A DNA stretch of 64,000 nt. Origin: Trichormus sp. ATA11-4-KO1. Lineage in GTDB: Bacteria > Cyanobacteriota > Cyanobacteriia > Cyanobacteriales > Nostocaceae. A program made the translations under genes and the position numbers. The DNA lies in contig JAHHIM010000003.1 in assembly GCA_019358915.1 (NCBI GenBank), positions 32,001 to 96,000 on the forward strand, given 5' to 3'. Of this stretch, positions 41,035 to 52,787 are shown in pieces (position 1 is the stretch's first letter; each line of letters begins with the position of its first letter). Below the pieces are notes generated by a model. The model was not told where the DNA came from. It saw only the letters and a program-made list of their open reading frames with translations, and made no database searches.

Positions 41035-42010
41035 TTTCCGAGTGTGACTGGGGGCGAAATTCCACGACATCACGTTTAATGGTGACATCGTAGTTGCCAA
41101 AAAAGTCGTGCCCTAAAAGTCCGGTTTCTAGTTCTGCACCTGCGATCGCTACTGCTACTTTGTTGACCATGACTCCAGCAACTGCCATAGAATCAACATA
41201 GCCAACGGGAAATTCTACAGCTTTGGCACTGGCGGTATTTGCCTTAGCTGTCCCCACTGGCACTACTCCCAAGGCATTGGCCATGCGTTGGGTGATTACT
41301 GTTCCACTGGCTCCTGTATCCACAATCATCTCGAATTGCCGTTGGTTGTTGAAGGTGACTTCGACAATTGGTGTTCCACCAATTCGGCGTTTGATCGGGG
41401 CGATAAAAACTGCTGTTTCAGGAGACTGCAATTCTGAGGCAGAAAAAATAGGCTTTACTGGTGACAGTTTTATGGATGCCGGTGGTGTTGGGGTGGGTTG
41501 AGGCGTGGTTTTAGCTGGGGGCACAACCACTACTATGCTTTTATTATCTACTTTTGGTGATGATACAGGGCGGGGCGTGGCTTTCTGGAGAGCATTTTTA
41601 ACTTGACGGCGATATTCTGAGATTTTGGTTTGGGCAGTAGCAAACTCAGGGCTTTGTTTTGGCACTTTTCGCATCAGGGCGATCGCATCTTGAAACTGAC
41701 TCGCCACCAAATTCCAATCATCTGGCGATTGAGCAGATTGGCTGATGCTCCAGGCTCCTACAGCTTTATCTAGCGCGAGTTCAAAAGAATTTACTTCCGG
41801 TGCCAACGATGGCAGTGCTGTAGGTGCTGGAATAGCTGGTGGTGTTGCTTGTTCCACAGAAGGCGATTCTGCCAGATTGTCAGTGACTATAGAATTTTGA
41901 TTGCTAATAGTCCCAGCAGTCTGTTTTCCTTCATTGCAAGCAACACCCAAAACCGCTAGAGTGCTGGAGATAACAATAAGCGTTGCACGAGATAAAAGAA
42001 ACTGAAGCAT
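40964..42010 (-). CDS. Lipoprotein with C-terminal retropepsin-like aspartyl protease
   Basis: Lipobox-like [21 protein letters not shown]; Pro-rich linkers. Confidence 0.82.
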   Translation of the reverse strand: MLQFLLSRATLIVISSTLAVLGVACNEGKQTAGTISNQNSIVTDNLAESPSVEQATPPAIPAPTALPSLAPEVNSFELALDKAVGAWSISQSAQSPDDWNLVASQFQDAIALMRKVPKQSPEFATAQTKISEYRRQVKNALQKATPRPVSSPKVDNKSIVVVVPPAKTTPQPTPTPPASIKLSPVKPIFSASELQSPETAVFIAPIKRRIGGTPIVEVTFNNQRQFEMIVDTGASGTVITQRMANALGVVPVGTAKANTASAKAVEFPVGYVDSMAVAGVMVNKVAVAIAGAELETGLLGHDFFGNYDVTIKRDVVEFRPQSHSEINSGGTELAVPVFPKGNHSGEFP

Positions 42011-42309
42011 AATTAACTTCAAATTTACCTGCTTAAGGGACTGCAAATCTACTTTTGCCACTGATTCCCCTTGATAAATTTTAACTGTTTGATTTTTAAT
42101 TTTTAATTAATTCCCACCAGAACAAGTAAATCCTGAACTCATGGGATAATTAACATTCGCAGTATTGACTAAATTGGTGACTAAAGACTGCTCACTATTA
42201 ACTGTTGACCTGTAAAAGGGACTAGGGAGCAGAGAGGATTACTCAAATATTTCCCCAATGCTCCATGCCCCATGTCCAATTCCCAATTCCTATTTTAATT
42301 TCATCAACT

Positions 42310-43476
42310 ATGCCCCTGTCTGACACAATACCTGCTCTACTTGTCTTGGCAGATGGAACCACTTATCACGGTTGGTCTTTTGGTGCGACGGGAACCACAA
42401 TCGGAGAAGTGGTATTCAACACTGGCATGACTGGATATCAAGAAGTCCTGACTGATCCTAGTTACTGCGGTCAAATTGTCATTTTTACCTATCCTGAACT
42501 GGGAAATACCGGCGTCAATCCTGAAGACGAGGAATCAGATCGGCCGCAAGTGCAAGGAGCGATCGCTCGCAATATTTGTTACCAACCAAGTAACTGGCGA
42601 TCAACACAATCCTTACCTGATTACCTTAATCAGCACCAAATACCAGGGATCTACGGTATCGATACCCGTGCCCTCACCCGCAAAATCCGCATGTTTGGAG
42701 CCATGAACGGTGGCATTTCCACAGAAATTCTGGATGAAGCGGAATTACTTGAGCAGGTACAGGGAGCACCCAGCATGGCTGGGTCAAATCTGGTGCACCA
42801 AGTTACCACCCCTACGGTGTATGAATGGTCAGATCCCACAATTCCCGCATGGGAATTCAACGCAAAATCCGTACCAACTGTTGAGGAAGCTTTCACTGTT
42901 GTCGCCCTTGACTTTGGTGTAAAACGCAATATCTTGCGCCGCCTAGTCAGTTACGGTTGCCGGGTAATCGTTGTTCCGGCTCATACGCCACCAGAGGAAA
43001 TTCTTAACCATAACCCAGATGGCATCTTTCTTTCCAATGGACCTGGTGATCCTGCCGCAGTAACTGAAGGCATTGCAACTGCCAAGGCATTGCTGGAAAG
43101 CCAAAAACCCATGTTTGGCATTTGTATGGGACACCAAATTTTAGGTCATGCCCTCGGAGCAGCAACTTATAAACTCAAATTTGGCCATCGTGGTTTAAAT
43201 CAGCCGGCAGGACTACAGCAAAGGGTAGAAATTACCAGCCAAAACCACAGTTTTGCCATTGACCCAGATTCTTTACCTGACGGACTTTTGGAAATCAGCC
43301 ACCTCAACCTCAACGATCGCACCGTTGCTGGGGTACGTCACAAGTCCCTGCCCATATTCTCCGTTCAATATCACCCAGAGGCAAGTCCCGGCCCTCACGA
43401 TGCTGACTACTTATTTGAGCAGTTTGTCCAAGCAATGCGAACAGCACGTACATCGCAGACAGCCGAGATGAGGTAA
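42310..43476 (+). CDS. carA: Carbamoyl-phosphate synthase small subunit
   Basis: [40 protein letters not shown]. Confidence 0.97.
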   Translation: MPLSDTIPALLVLADGTTYHGWSFGATGTTIGEVVFNTGMTGYQEVLTDPSYCGQIVIFTYPELGNTGVNPEDEESDRPQVQGAIARNICYQPSNWRSTQSLPDYLNQHQIPGIYGIDTRALTRKIRMFGAMNGGISTEILDEAELLEQVQGAPSMAGSNLVHQVTTPTVYEWSDPTIPAWEFNAKSVPTVEEAFTVVALDFGVKRNILRRLVSYGCRVIVVPAHTPPEEILNHNPDGIFLSNGPGDPAAVTEGIATAKALLESQKPMFGICMGHQILGHALGAATYKLKFGHRGLNQPAGLQQRVEITSQNHSFAIDPDSLPDGLLEISHLNLNDRTVAGVRHKSLPIFSVQYHPEASPGPHDADYLFEQFVQAMRTARTSQTAEMR

Positions 43477-43558
43477 AAAGGGAGTGGGGAGTAGGGAGTG
43501 GGGGACAAGGGGACAAGGCGAGATTACTAATATTAAGTTCTTCCCCCCCCCATCCCCC

Positions 43559-43731
43559 CAGGGCTGTTTCATTCGCTTGTGTTGGAGATTTGTCAAGAGG
43601 ATAATCTCACGCAAAGGCGCAAAGACGCAAAGAAAAATCAGGTATTTCGGACTGAAGATGCCAAAATTTTCGGTTTTAATTGTGGATTTGCCCTTGCAAT
43701 TTTAACCCTTTTAGGGAACGAATCAGCCCTG
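43559..43731. mobile_element. MITE with CAGGGC ends (ISAs1-like) and 10-bp target duplication
   Basis: TIRs CAGGGCTGTTTCATTC / GAACGAATCAGCCCTG (14/16); flanks CCCATCCCCC / CCCATCTCCC. Confidence 0.75.
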
Positions 43732-43819
43732 CCCATCTCCCTTACCCCAGCAGATTGTAGACAAATTGTCCCAAAACCATCTATACTGGAGCGTTCACTT
43801 TAACCATGAGGAGGGAATT

Positions 43820-44182
43820 ATTGCTGAGCCACTGAATCTAACCGTGAGCCTGAGAGGCACTCGTGAAGCCCGGGATAACTGTCAGCTATTCCGCCTCACA
43901 GGTTTGTTAGACGCATTTTCTGAGCCGACATTTCGCAAAGTACTTGGCAATAAAATTGATGAGGGTCCAAAGCATATTATTCTGGATCTTTCACAAATTG
44001 ACTTTGTTGATAGCTCCGGCTTGGGCGCTCTGGTGCAGCTAGCCAAGCAAGCTCAAACTGCCGGCGGTACTCTGCAAATTGTCACGAATGCCCGAGTGAC
44101 TCAAACGGTCAAGCTTGTTCGCTTAGAGAAGTTTCTAGCGCTGCAAACTTCAGTTGACGCAGCTCTAGAAAACATCAAGTAG
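43820..44182 (+). CDS. STAS-domain anti-sigma factor antagonist (start uncertain)
   Basis: RLTGLLDAFS, LDLSQIDFVDSSGLGALV; GAGGAGG precedes an in-frame ATT at 43820. Confidence 0.85.
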   Translation: MAEPLNLTVSLRGTREARDNCQLFRLTGLLDAFSEPTFRKVLGNKIDEGPKHIILDLSQIDFVDSSGLGALVQLAKQAQTAGGTLQIVTNARVTQTVKLVRLEKFLALQTSVDAALENIK

Positions 44183-44673
44183 TCATGATCGTTTGTTGGG
44201 AGAAATCAATTTAGCTATCCGTTGTTTTATCTGGTTAGCTTAATTTTTAGAAACGCTGACAAAAGACCTCTCTCCTTGCGAGAGAGGTTTACAAATCCAG
44301 GAGACCAAAATACTGATAAAATAAATGAAGAATACCTCTTGCTCAAAGGAGTGTGGCTTTTAGATGGTATTCATAAACAATCATTATTGGTAGACAAAAC
44401 TAGCAAATTTATTCTCAAAATTTAGCAAAAAGAAATTTCAGTAAAATAGGTAGGTAAGCGTATATAGTAGAATACTGATCAATGTAATTCCTTCCTCTTC
44501 TTACTCAGCAATCAGAACTGAGTGAGGTAAATCAGCAATTAAAAAAGATAAAATTAGTAAATACTATTTGATCGTCTTGATTATGCTAGGTGTACCAACA
44601 TGGCTGGCTTCAGGAAAAACAAGTCTCAGGAACGATGCCTGCCAACTGTAGCCCGTTAAGGAATGATGAATTT

Positions 44674-45153
44674 GTGAGATCCCAGGAGAACGAGCTACTA
44701 GATGGACAAGATGAAACTTCCACGCCAGATTCATCTTGGAATCAAGCACTGTTGGCAACCGCAGGTCCATTAGCCCTAGAGATTTCTCGGTCGCAAATCC
44801 AGCAAATTTCTCCCACTGCTTTAGCTTATTTAGGCGATGCAATTTATGAACTGTATGTTAGGATGTTCTATCTGCTGCCTATGCAGCGCACAGACACTTA
44901 CCATCGTTTAGTCGTGGCACAGGTAAGAGCCGAAGCGCAAGCGCTACATTTGCGATCGCTTACTCCTCATCTGAGTCCAGCCGAACTAGAAATTGTCCGA
45001 CGAGGCCGTAACGCCACCTCAGGTCGCCCTAAGCGGGTTGATCCCGAAATTTATCAGCAAGCAACAAGTTTAGAGACTTTAATTGGCTACCTTTATCTTA
45101 CCGATTCCCCACGATTAACCGAATTGTTGCAAAAACTCCATCTAGAGAAATAG
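44674..45153 (+). CDS. mrnC: Mini-ribonuclease III (start uncertain)
   Basis: LAYLGDAIYELYVR, RRGRNA, YQQATSLETLIGYLYL; upstream of rlmB. Confidence 0.9.
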   Translation: MRSQENELLDGQDETSTPDSSWNQALLATAGPLALEISRSQIQQISPTALAYLGDAIYELYVRMFYLLPMQRTDTYHRLVVAQVRAEAQALHLRSLTPHLSPAELEIVRRGRNATSGRPKRVDPEIYQQATSLETLIGYLYLTDSPRLTELLQKLHLEK

Positions 45154-45249
45154 TCAGCGACTCAATCTCATGATAGGAAAATCAGCACTTGAGGTTCAGT
45201 AAATTCAAAGAATCGGCATGTTCATTCATCAGCTATAACCGAAACTCAT

Positions 45250-46218
45250 ATGACTAGTAAACCAAGGAAAATTCAAACTCCTAGTGAGCCGAATCGTGGA
45301 CAACCCCTAAAACTGAAGGGCAAGCGTGTGATTACTAATTCTATTCGCAGCCCTCGACATGAAGATAGGGAAAATAAACCCGTCTCTGGTAGTTCACACC
45401 CACATCGCCACTTCTCTCATGCAGCACCATCTCCAAAACAAGCAGAAGATAGCGATCTCATCTATGGTCGCCATCCAGTTTTGAGCGCCTTGGAAAGTCA
45501 ACGCAATCTCAACCGCATCTGGATTACTACCCGTTTGCGCTACGATCACCGCTTTCATCATCTGATTCTCCAAGCCAAGGAACATGGTACAGTCATTGAT
45601 GAAGTAGAACCTAGACGCTTAGACCAAATTACCGATGGGGCAAACCATCAAGGTATAGCAGCCCAAATTGCCCCCTATGCTTACATTGAATTACCTGATT
45701 TAATTGCCCAAGCAAAATCTGTAACTGATCCCGTAATTGTGGTAGCTGATGGGATCACTGACCCCCAGAACCTGGGAGCAATTATTCGCACTGCCGAAGC
45801 CATCGGTGCACAGGGATTGGTGATCCCCCAACGCAGAGCAGCTGGGATCACTTCCACCGTGGTCAAAGTCGCAGCAGGTGCTTTAGAAAACTTTCCTGTA
45901 GCTAGAGTAGTTAATCTCAGCCGTGCCTTAGAAGAATTGAAAGAGGCTGGTTTTTGGATTTACGGCACCGCCGCTACTGGCAGCGAACCTCTGCACACAG
46001 TTAATTTCAGTGGCCCTATTGTTCTGGTAGTTGGCTCTGAAGGCGAAGGTTTGAGCATGTTAACACAACGCTCCTGCGATGTCTTGGTGTCAATACCCCT
46101 GCTGGGTAAAACCCCTAGTCTCAATGCCTCAGTGGCGGCGGGTATGGCGCTTTATGAAATCTATCGCCAACGGTCATTAAACACTTTATACCTAGATAAA
46201 TTACAAAAACCTCTTTAA
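45250..46218 (+). CDS. rlmB: 23S rRNA (guanosine2251-2'-O)-methyltransferase
   Basis: [35 protein letters not shown]. Confidence 0.93.
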   Translation: MTSKPRKIQTPSEPNRGQPLKLKGKRVITNSIRSPRHEDRENKPVSGSSHPHRHFSHAAPSPKQAEDSDLIYGRHPVLSALESQRNLNRIWITTRLRYDHRFHHLILQAKEHGTVIDEVEPRRLDQITDGANHQGIAAQIAPYAYIELPDLIAQAKSVTDPVIVVADGITDPQNLGAIIRTAEAIGAQGLVIPQRRAAGITSTVVKVAAGALENFPVARVVNLSRALEELKEAGFWIYGTAATGSEPLHTVNFSGPIVLVVGSEGEGLSMLTQRSCDVLVSIPLLGKTPSLNASVAAGMALYEIYRQRSLNTLYLDKLQKPL

Positions 46219-46317
46219 AAAATAAGAGTAAAAGAGTATAAAGAAATGTAAAAGAAAAAACATCACCATATCCTTTCCTTTAATATTCAGTACCACATTG
46301 ATAAATCGGCGACAACC

Positions 46318-46620
46318 ATGAAAACGATTTGGGATAACCTGAAGGAATCTTTGATTAACACATTTCACAACCTAGGCTTAGCTTGGTGGGTTGAGATTGT
46401 CACGCAAAATCCCCGTTGTACCTACTACTTCGGGCCATTTCTGAGTTCTGCTGATGCCAAAGTAGCCCTTAAAGGCTACGTAGAAGATTTGGAGGTCGAA
46501 GGGGCACAAGGAATACTTGTGAATGTGAAGCGCTGTAAACCTGGTAATTTAACCATTGCCGAAGACTTGGGGGAAAGGATTGACCGCAAAGTAAAGCCTG
46601 CCTTTAGCGGTCAGATTTAA
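46318..46620 (+). CDS. DUF1816-like cyanobacterial protein
   Basis: AWWVEIVTQNPRCTYYFGPF...GYVEDL...RCKPGNLT. Confidence 0.8.
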   Translation: MKTIWDNLKESLINTFHNLGLAWWVEIVTQNPRCTYYFGPFLSSADAKVALKGYVEDLEVEGAQGILVNVKRCKPGNLTIAEDLGERIDRKVKPAFSGQI

Positions 46621-46721
46621 TTGAAATTCACAGGCTCTTATAGTTCCCAGGCTGAATTGGGAACTATGGACTCAAAAATTCAGCGAAATTGGACAAAATT
46701 TGAGGCTTTCCACCTTTGTGC

Positions 46722-46853
46722 GCCAGTTGCTACAAGTCGGCGGAGCCGCCCAAAGCACTGGCTCGTCTTAGTGTCTTTGTGGTTCAAAAGTTATTTTTTA
46801 CCACTAAGACACTAAGACACCAAGAAGAATACATTACACCTTGAAAGGGCTAG
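46722..46853 (+). mobile_element. Composite MITE-like repeat, copy A
   Basis: GCCAGTTGCTACAAGTCGGCGGAGCCGCCCAAAGCACTGGCT + 9-mer palindrome + CACCTTGAAAGGGCTAG; highly similar to 63305-63438. Confidence 0.8.
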
Positions 46854-46872
46854 TTTTAGCCTTAACTAGCTT

Positions 46873-48606
46873 TTATTCAGTATATATACGTGGGGTATAC
46901 ACAAAGATTTCACCATTATGGCGCAGTATAGTTCGGGTTTGCGTAGAACCAACTAAAATCACTGTCCGCATATCGGCTACTTCTGGTATTAACTCCTGAA
47001 GTTTGATTACCTTGACCATTTGTCCTGGTCTGCCAAGGTTCCGTGCTACTACTACAGGAGTATCAGGGGTTCTATACCGCAATAAGATATTTCTTGCTGC
47101 TGCCAGTTGCCAGGTGCGCTCTTGGGAAACAGGATTGTAGAAGGCGATCGCCAAATCAGCTTGGGCTGCCGCCGCAATTCTTTGTGCGATAATTGACCAG
47201 GGTTTTAAAATGTCAGACAAGGAAATCGCGCAGAAGTCATGCCCTAAAGGCGCACCGATTGCCGCAGATGCAGCTTGCATTGCGGAGATACCCGGTGCAA
47301 CATGAATTTCGATACTTTCCCATTCTGGTTTATTGTGGCGATCGCATACCTCAAATACAGCCGCAGCCATTGCATAGATACCCGGATCACCAGAGGAGAC
47401 AACTGCTACATATCGCCCTGTTGCTGCCAAATCTAGTGCCATTGTTGCTCGGGAAATTTCTTGGCGGTTGTCTGATTCATGGCGTTGTTTGCCATCAGCG
47501 AGAGAACCAACTAAATCTAGGTATGTTTTGTAACCCACTAGATCAGTTGCCGACTTGAGTATTTCTTTCACTTCCGGAGACATCCACTGTGAACCACCAG
47601 GGCCAGTGCCAATAATTGCTAATCTTCCTTGTGGTTGACCAATGGTGTGGGGATCGATGGGTGCAGGGGCAATGGCTATGGCTACATGGGGAGATGTCGA
47701 TGCGATCGCGGCTGACCGCAGGGTGGGAGATGCGGAAGTTACAGTGTAGGCTATGGCTTGGGCAGGGCTATAACCTTGTGATAGGAAACTTTTTAATTGA
47801 TTTGGGGTGAAGAAGCGGGTAGGCACATTGAAGGCTTGAGCAATGGCTTTTATGGCTGGGTTTGCTGCTATGGTGATGGGAGCAAAAAGCCCGGCTACTG
47901 ATGCGGGGGCGAGTTCAGCATCGGTTAGTAGCTGTTGTACTAAAGCTACATCCACAGTGTCACTAATGGCGATCGCTATGGTTGCTGGGTGATAAACCAA
48001 GCAGTTGGGTGTGAGAGTTACTAAGCGTTCTGTAATCTGGATGGTCAAATTGCCGTTGGGGTCTATGGGTAGTTGACTATTACTCAACCAGGGCGCTGTA
48101 CCTTCAAGCTTCACCTGTGCCCCAGCTAGTAAATCTGAGATAAATTTCTTGGCATCGTCTGGGTTGGCTAAATAATATCCAGGGGGCGGAGATAGTAACG
48201 CTGTGTGGAAACGAATATCACCTGTAGTGGTAATTGCAGGTTTAACATGCAGGGACTCAGCAATCCGCCGCGCCAAATCATTCACGCCACTAAGTCCGCC
48301 CAAAAGCGGCACAACAGCACTACCATCTTCAGCTACAGCTAACACTGGCGGTTCCTGCTTTTTATCGGCAAGCATTGGTGCTAGTGTTCTAATCAGGATA
48401 CCAGTGGCACAAATACCAATTAGAGGCGTTCCCTGTGCAAATAACTCCCGCAGTGTGTCACCAAAATTTGTGAAGCTGACATCCACGTCAGATGTGCGAC
48501 CTGCCAACCCGTATAATGTCGCCCCTGGGAGGACGCTGATGATTTTACGGGCGACTGACACACTATTTTGTCCCAGGATCACAACGGCAGGTGCCATCTT
48601 GGTCAT
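46873..48606 (-). CDS. cobJ: CbiG-CobJ fusion (precorrin-3B C17-methyltransferase)
   Basis: N-term CATGILIRTL, PLLGG, AITT (CbiG); C-term IGTGPG, VSSGDPGIYAM, APLGHDFCAISLSD, FYNP, YTPR. Confidence 0.9.
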   Translation of the reverse strand: MTKMAPAVVILGQNSVSVARKIISVLPGATLYGLAGRTSDVDVSFTNFGDTLRELFAQGTPLIGICATGILIRTLAPMLADKKQEPPVLAVAEDGSAVVPLLGGLSGVNDLARRIAESLHVKPAITTTGDIRFHTALLSPPPGYYLANPDDAKKFISDLLAGAQVKLEGTAPWLSNSQLPIDPNGNLTIQITERLVTLTPNCLVYHPATIAIAISDTVDVALVQQLLTDAELAPASVAGLFAPITIAANPAIKAIAQAFNVPTRFFTPNQLKSFLSQGYSPAQAIAYTVTSASPTLRSAAIASTSPHVAIAIAPAPIDPHTIGQPQGRLAIIGTGPGGSQWMSPEVKEILKSATDLVGYKTYLDLVGSLADGKQRHESDNRQEISRATMALDLAATGRYVAVVSSGDPGIYAMAAAVFEVCDRHNKPEWESIEIHVAPGISAMQAASAAIGAPLGHDFCAISLSDILKPWSIIAQRIAAAAQADLAIAFYNPVSQERTWQLAAARNILLRYRTPDTPVVVARNLGRPGQMVKVIKLQELIPEVADMRTVILVGSTQTRTILRHNGEIFVYTPRIYTE

Positions 48607-48633
48607 TTACTTACCTTTATTCTCAAAAGTGGG

Positions 48634-49230
48634 CTAATTTGCCCAACCTACATAAGGTAGTTTCGCAGCTGTTGCCCGAACTTGGTTAGCATTAGCTACT
48701 AACTGACCACAAGCATCCCAAGTCCCAGCAATGAAAGTGCTTCTTGTCCCTTCACCCATGACAACTGGGGCAATATAATCACCAACTTGCACTTGTAAAT
48801 TTTCTAAATTCACTGTCACACTTACTTGGGGATTGGCAGCTACGAGTTCTTGTAGTTGTTTAACGGTGGCTGCATCAGCTGTGACGCAGGGTATCCCCAT
48901 GGCTACACAGTTACCAAAAAAGATTTCTGCAAAGCTTTCACCTATTAAAGCTTGAATTCCCCATTTAGCGATCGCTTGGGGTGCGTGTTCTCGTGATGAA
49001 CCACAGCCAAAGTTACGGTTAACTATTAAAACTTTTGCCCCTTGGTATTGGGGTTGGTCAAAGGGATGCTCTCCGTTTAAGGCTTTGCGGTCATCGATAA
49101 ATGCACCTTCACCTAATCCATCAAAGGTGATAGCTTTTAAATAGCGGGCGGGAATGATGCGATCTGTATCGATGTCATCGCCAACTAGGGGTACAGCACG
49201 CCCAGAAATTTCTTTAACTTCACTGACCAT
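48634..49230 (-). CDS. leuD: 3-isopropylmalate dehydratase small subunit
   Basis: [25 protein letters not shown]. Confidence 0.96.
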   Translation of the reverse strand: MVSEVKEISGRAVPLVGDDIDTDRIIPARYLKAITFDGLGEGAFIDDRKALNGEHPFDQPQYQGAKVLIVNRNFGCGSSREHAPQAIAKWGIQALIGESFAEIFFGNCVAMGIPCVTADAATVKQLQELVAANPQVSVTVNLENLQVQVGDYIAPVVMGEGTRSTFIAGTWDACGQLVANANQVRATAAKLPYVGWAN

Positions 49231-49329
49231 AGATTTAAATTTTTACGGGAATGATTGCTTTGTGATTGAGGCAAAATTTTGAAAAAATCAACCGCAGAGG
49301 ACACAGAGGAAACGGAGATCAATGTAAGG

Positions 49330-50733
49330 TTACAGCAACTCACGCACATCAGATACTTCTCCTTTAATCGCCGCAGTAGCAACCATTGCCGGACTCATGA
49401 GTAATGTACGACCAGAGGATGAACCTTGTCGTCCTTTGAAGTTGCGGTTGGAGGAAGAAGCGCTGATTTGTCTTCCTTGTAATTTGTCGGGGTTCATGGC
49501 CAGACACATAGAACATCCTGGTTCGCGCCACTCAAATCCGGCTGCTTGGAAGATTTTGTCTAGTCCTTCGGCTTCGGCTTCTTGCTTCACTCGTTCGGAA
49601 CCAGGAACCACAAAGGCTTTGACTCCCTCAGCGACGCGACGACCTTGAGCAATTTTCGCAGCTTCCCGCAGATCGCTGATTCTGCCATTGGTGCAGCTAC
49701 CAATAAAGCAGACATCAATTTTAGTGCCCTTTATCGGTTGACCGGGAAACAAATCCATGTATCGGTAAGCTTCTTCGGCAACAAATCGGTCTTCTTCTGG
49801 CAGTTCTTCAGGTTTGGGGATGAACTGGTTAACTCCAATACCTTGACCGGGAGTAATTCCCCAGGTCACTGTTGGGGGAATATCAGCAGCATCAAATACT
49901 ACGACATCATCATATTCCGCATCAGCATCACTCTTGATGGATTCCCACCAAGCTACGGCTTGCTGCCAATCTGCGCCTTTGGGGGCAAAGTCTCTATTTT
50001 TTAAGTAATCATAGGTGACTTGATCAGGGTTGACGTAACCACACCTGGCACCACCTTCAATTGCCATGTTACAAACGGTCATCCTCTCTTCCATGTTCAT
50101 TTGGGCAAAGGTGGTGCCGGCATATTCGTAGGCATAACCTACACCACCTTTCACGCCCAGTGTGCGAATAATATGCAGAATGACATCTTTGGCGTAAACA
50201 CCAGGATTTAAAGTACCGTTGACTTCAATTTTGCGGACTTTCAGTTTAGATAAAGCTAGAGTTTGAGAGGCGAGAACATCGCGCACTTGACTAGTACCAA
50301 TCCCAAAGGCGATCGCACCGAATGCCCCATGACTAGATGTGTGGCTATCTCCACAGGCGATGGTCATACCTGGCTGGGTCAGTCCTTGTTCTGGGGCGAT
50401 GACGTGGACTATACCTTGACTACCAGAACCAATGTTATAAAAAGTAATATTATTTTCTTGACAGTTTTGTTCCAGTGCTTGGATCATCTCTTCTGCCAAG
50501 CGATCGGCAAATGGCCGTGCCTGATTTTCCGTAGGTACTATGTGATCAACTGTGGCCACAGTCCGCTCAGGAAACAGTACTTTTAGACCCCGCTCGCGTA
50601 ACATCGCAAAGGCTTGGGGACTTGTGACTTCATGAATCAGGTGAAGTCCAATAAATAGTTGTGTCAGTCCTGAAGGAAGTGTACCAACAGTGTGTAAGTG
50701 CCAAACTTTATCAAACAGGGTACCTTTGCTCAT
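49330..50733 (-). CDS. leuC: 3-isopropylmalate dehydratase large subunit
   Basis: [42 protein letters not shown]. Confidence 0.97.
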   Translation of the reverse strand: MSKGTLFDKVWHLHTVGTLPSGLTQLFIGLHLIHEVTSPQAFAMLRERGLKVLFPERTVATVDHIVPTENQARPFADRLAEEMIQALEQNCQENNITFYNIGSGSQGIVHVIAPEQGLTQPGMTIACGDSHTSSHGAFGAIAFGIGTSQVRDVLASQTLALSKLKVRKIEVNGTLNPGVYAKDVILHIIRTLGVKGGVGYAYEYAGTTFAQMNMEERMTVCNMAIEGGARCGYVNPDQVTYDYLKNRDFAPKGADWQQAVAWWESIKSDADAEYDDVVVFDAADIPPTVTWGITPGQGIGVNQFIPKPEELPEEDRFVAEEAYRYMDLFPGQPIKGTKIDVCFIGSCTNGRISDLREAAKIAQGRRVAEGVKAFVVPGSERVKQEAEAEGLDKIFQAAGFEWREPGCSMCLAMNPDKLQGRQISASSSNRNFKGRQGSSSGRTLLMSPAMVATAAIKGEVSDVRELL

Positions 50734-50877
50734 AGGTTAATGTAACTACTCATAATCAAATTTTTAACGCTGTCACAACTAGGCGCGTTCTGAAGATATC
50801 CAGACCATCAAAAAGCTTTAAGGGTGCTAACTGCTACTATACAACCAGTTAACACCCTATAAAACATTTCATTAAAG

Positions 50878-50950
<73 letters not shown>

Positions 50951-51084
50951 ATTTCTCTTACAGTTAAATATCATAGCAAAATATTTTTGATCGCGCTAGT
51001 ACTTTTGGGAAAAATATTTTTTTAGCTTATAATCACTCAGGAAGGAAGCACGGGTTTACACCCGCGACGTTAACAACACTGAGA

Positions 51085-51675
51085 ATGCCCTCTGGTCGAA
51101 CGCACGATCGCATTACTTTATATGCTCTGCCGTTCATTGCTGGTGTGACTTTCTGGCAAACTGGCAGTAGCAATGTGACTTTATTGGTTGCCGGTGGATT
51201 TATGTTTGGTGGGCTGATGTTCGGCCCCGATTTAGATATTTACTCGCGTCAATTCCAACGCTGGGGTTTTTTGCGCTGGATTTGGCTACCTTATCAAAAA
51301 AGTCTTCGTCATCGCTCTTTTTTATCTCACGGGCCGATTATTGGTACTACACTGCGAGTAATTTATCTGGGTTGCTTGCTGGCTATTTTGGCGATTGTAA
51401 TGCTGATGATTGCCCAAAAGTTGGGGAATATTACTTTTACTTGGCAAGATTTAGGTGGGATTTTGGGGCGATCGCTTGCGGTATACGGTACAGAATATCT
51501 GGCTTTATTTTTAGGTTTAGAGTTGGGGGCGATGAGTCATTCTCTTAGCGATTGGGGGGGATCGGCTTATAAGCGGGTGCAAAAGCAGGGGGTTCGGGGG
51601 TGGCTGGCTGGTGGCAAAATTAAGAGGCGTAAAGTGATGAAAAGTGGCGTACGTCGGGCTAGGTCAAAGAGATAA
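51085..51675 (+). CDS. DUF2227-like putative metal-binding membrane protein
   Basis: MPSGRTHD, PDLD, HRSFLSHG, SHSLSD. Confidence 0.82.
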   Translation: MPSGRTHDRITLYALPFIAGVTFWQTGSSNVTLLVAGGFMFGGLMFGPDLDIYSRQFQRWGFLRWIWLPYQKSLRHRSFLSHGPIIGTTLRVIYLGCLLAILAIVMLMIAQKLGNITFTWQDLGGILGRSLAVYGTEYLALFLGLELGAMSHSLSDWGGSAYKRVQKQGVRGWLAGGKIKRRKVMKSGVRRARSKR

Positions 51676-51706
51676 TTTTTCTAACGCAAAGGTACGCGGA
51701 GGTTTT

Positions 51707-52510
51707 ATGGATGAGAGTTTGGTGGCGTTGCAAGAGTTGATTGAGGTGGTGGCAAAGTTGCGATCGCCTGATGGGGGTTGTCCTTGGGATTTGGCACAAA
51801 CGCCTCAAAGTTTGATTCCTTATGTAATTGAGGAAGCTTATGAGGTGGTGGATGCGATTCGGGAAGGGGATCAAGAGGCGATCGCTGAAGAATTAGGGGA
51901 TTTACTTTTACAGGTGGTTTTGCAAGCTCAAATCGCTGGGGAATTGGGGCAATTTGGTTTGCAGGAAGTCGCTAGGGGGATTTCTCAAAAGTTGATTCGC
52001 CGTCATCCTCATGTGTTTGGTGATGTGTCGGTGGAAAGTGTGGATGAGGTACGGCAAAATTGGGAGGCAATTAAGGCGGCGGAAAAGGGGGAAACTCCAG
52101 AGAAGCATCAACTTAGTGCTAAACTCGCTCGTTATGGCCGGACTCTTCCCCCGTTGATGGCGGCGATGAAGATTTCCCAGAAGGCGGCGGCTGTAGGGTT
52201 TGAGTGGGAAAACATCGATGGGGTCTGGGCGAAGTTTCACGAAGAGTTGGGGGAGTTTCAACAGGCGTTGGCTGAGGAAACACCGGCACGTCAACAAGCT
52301 GAATTAGGTGATTTACTGTTTGCGATTATGCAACTTGCCCGTTGGCATAATCTCGACCCCAGTGCTGCTTTGCAAGGGACAAATCAGCGCTTTGTGCAAC
52401 GTTTACAAAAAATGGAGGCAGTTGTTGACCGCCCCCTTTCTGATTACAGTTTGGATGAGTTAGAGTCTCTATGGCAGCAGGCAAAAGCCCAAATTGCCAA
52501 AGAGCAGTAA
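51707..52510 (+). CDS. mazG: Nucleoside triphosphate pyrophosphohydrolase MazG
   Basis: GCPWD, EEAYEV, EELGDLL, RRHPHVF, second ELGDLLF; GGAGG RBS. Confidence 0.95.
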   Translation: MDESLVALQELIEVVAKLRSPDGGCPWDLAQTPQSLIPYVIEEAYEVVDAIREGDQEAIAEELGDLLLQVVLQAQIAGELGQFGLQEVARGISQKLIRRHPHVFGDVSVESVDEVRQNWEAIKAAEKGETPEKHQLSAKLARYGRTLPPLMAAMKISQKAAAVGFEWENIDGVWAKFHEELGEFQQALAEETPARQQAELGDLLFAIMQLARWHNLDPSAALQGTNQRFVQRLQKMEAVVDRPLSDYSLDELESLWQQAKAQIAKEQ

Positions 52511-52520
52511 TACCTCTAAT

Positions 52521-52721
52521 TTATAATTTGATTGTAACAGTCTTAACTTCGGTGTATTGCTGCCAGCCATATTCGCCTAGTTCGCTATCATTGTGAGGAA
52601 TTGTACCGCCAGTCATGGCAAAAACTTTGCCATTGATGTATTCATAGCGGCAGACTTGTAATGGTTCCCATGCCAGATATTGGTCGATACTCATTGTTTG
52701 AGGTTGAGGTGTGGCAATCAT
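52521..52721 (-). pseudogene. Uma2-family N-terminal fragment
   Basis: MSIDQYLAWE...RYEYINGKVFAMTGGTIPHN followed by an internal deletion. Confidence 0.7.
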
Positions 52722-52787
52722 TCTATCAAGACCACAAATAATTAATCACAAATTCTTGATTATCATGCCGATTTTGGCAAATTTCTC

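Noticed and set aside
43411..43803. Short ORFs between carA and the STAS gene
   Set aside because: They run through STRR and MITE sequence and have no protein-like features.
47690..47745. Possible repeat insertion at a HIP1 site in the cobJ linker (SASPTLRSAAIASTSP)
   Set aside because: No second copy in the window to confirm it; linker variability explains it equally well.
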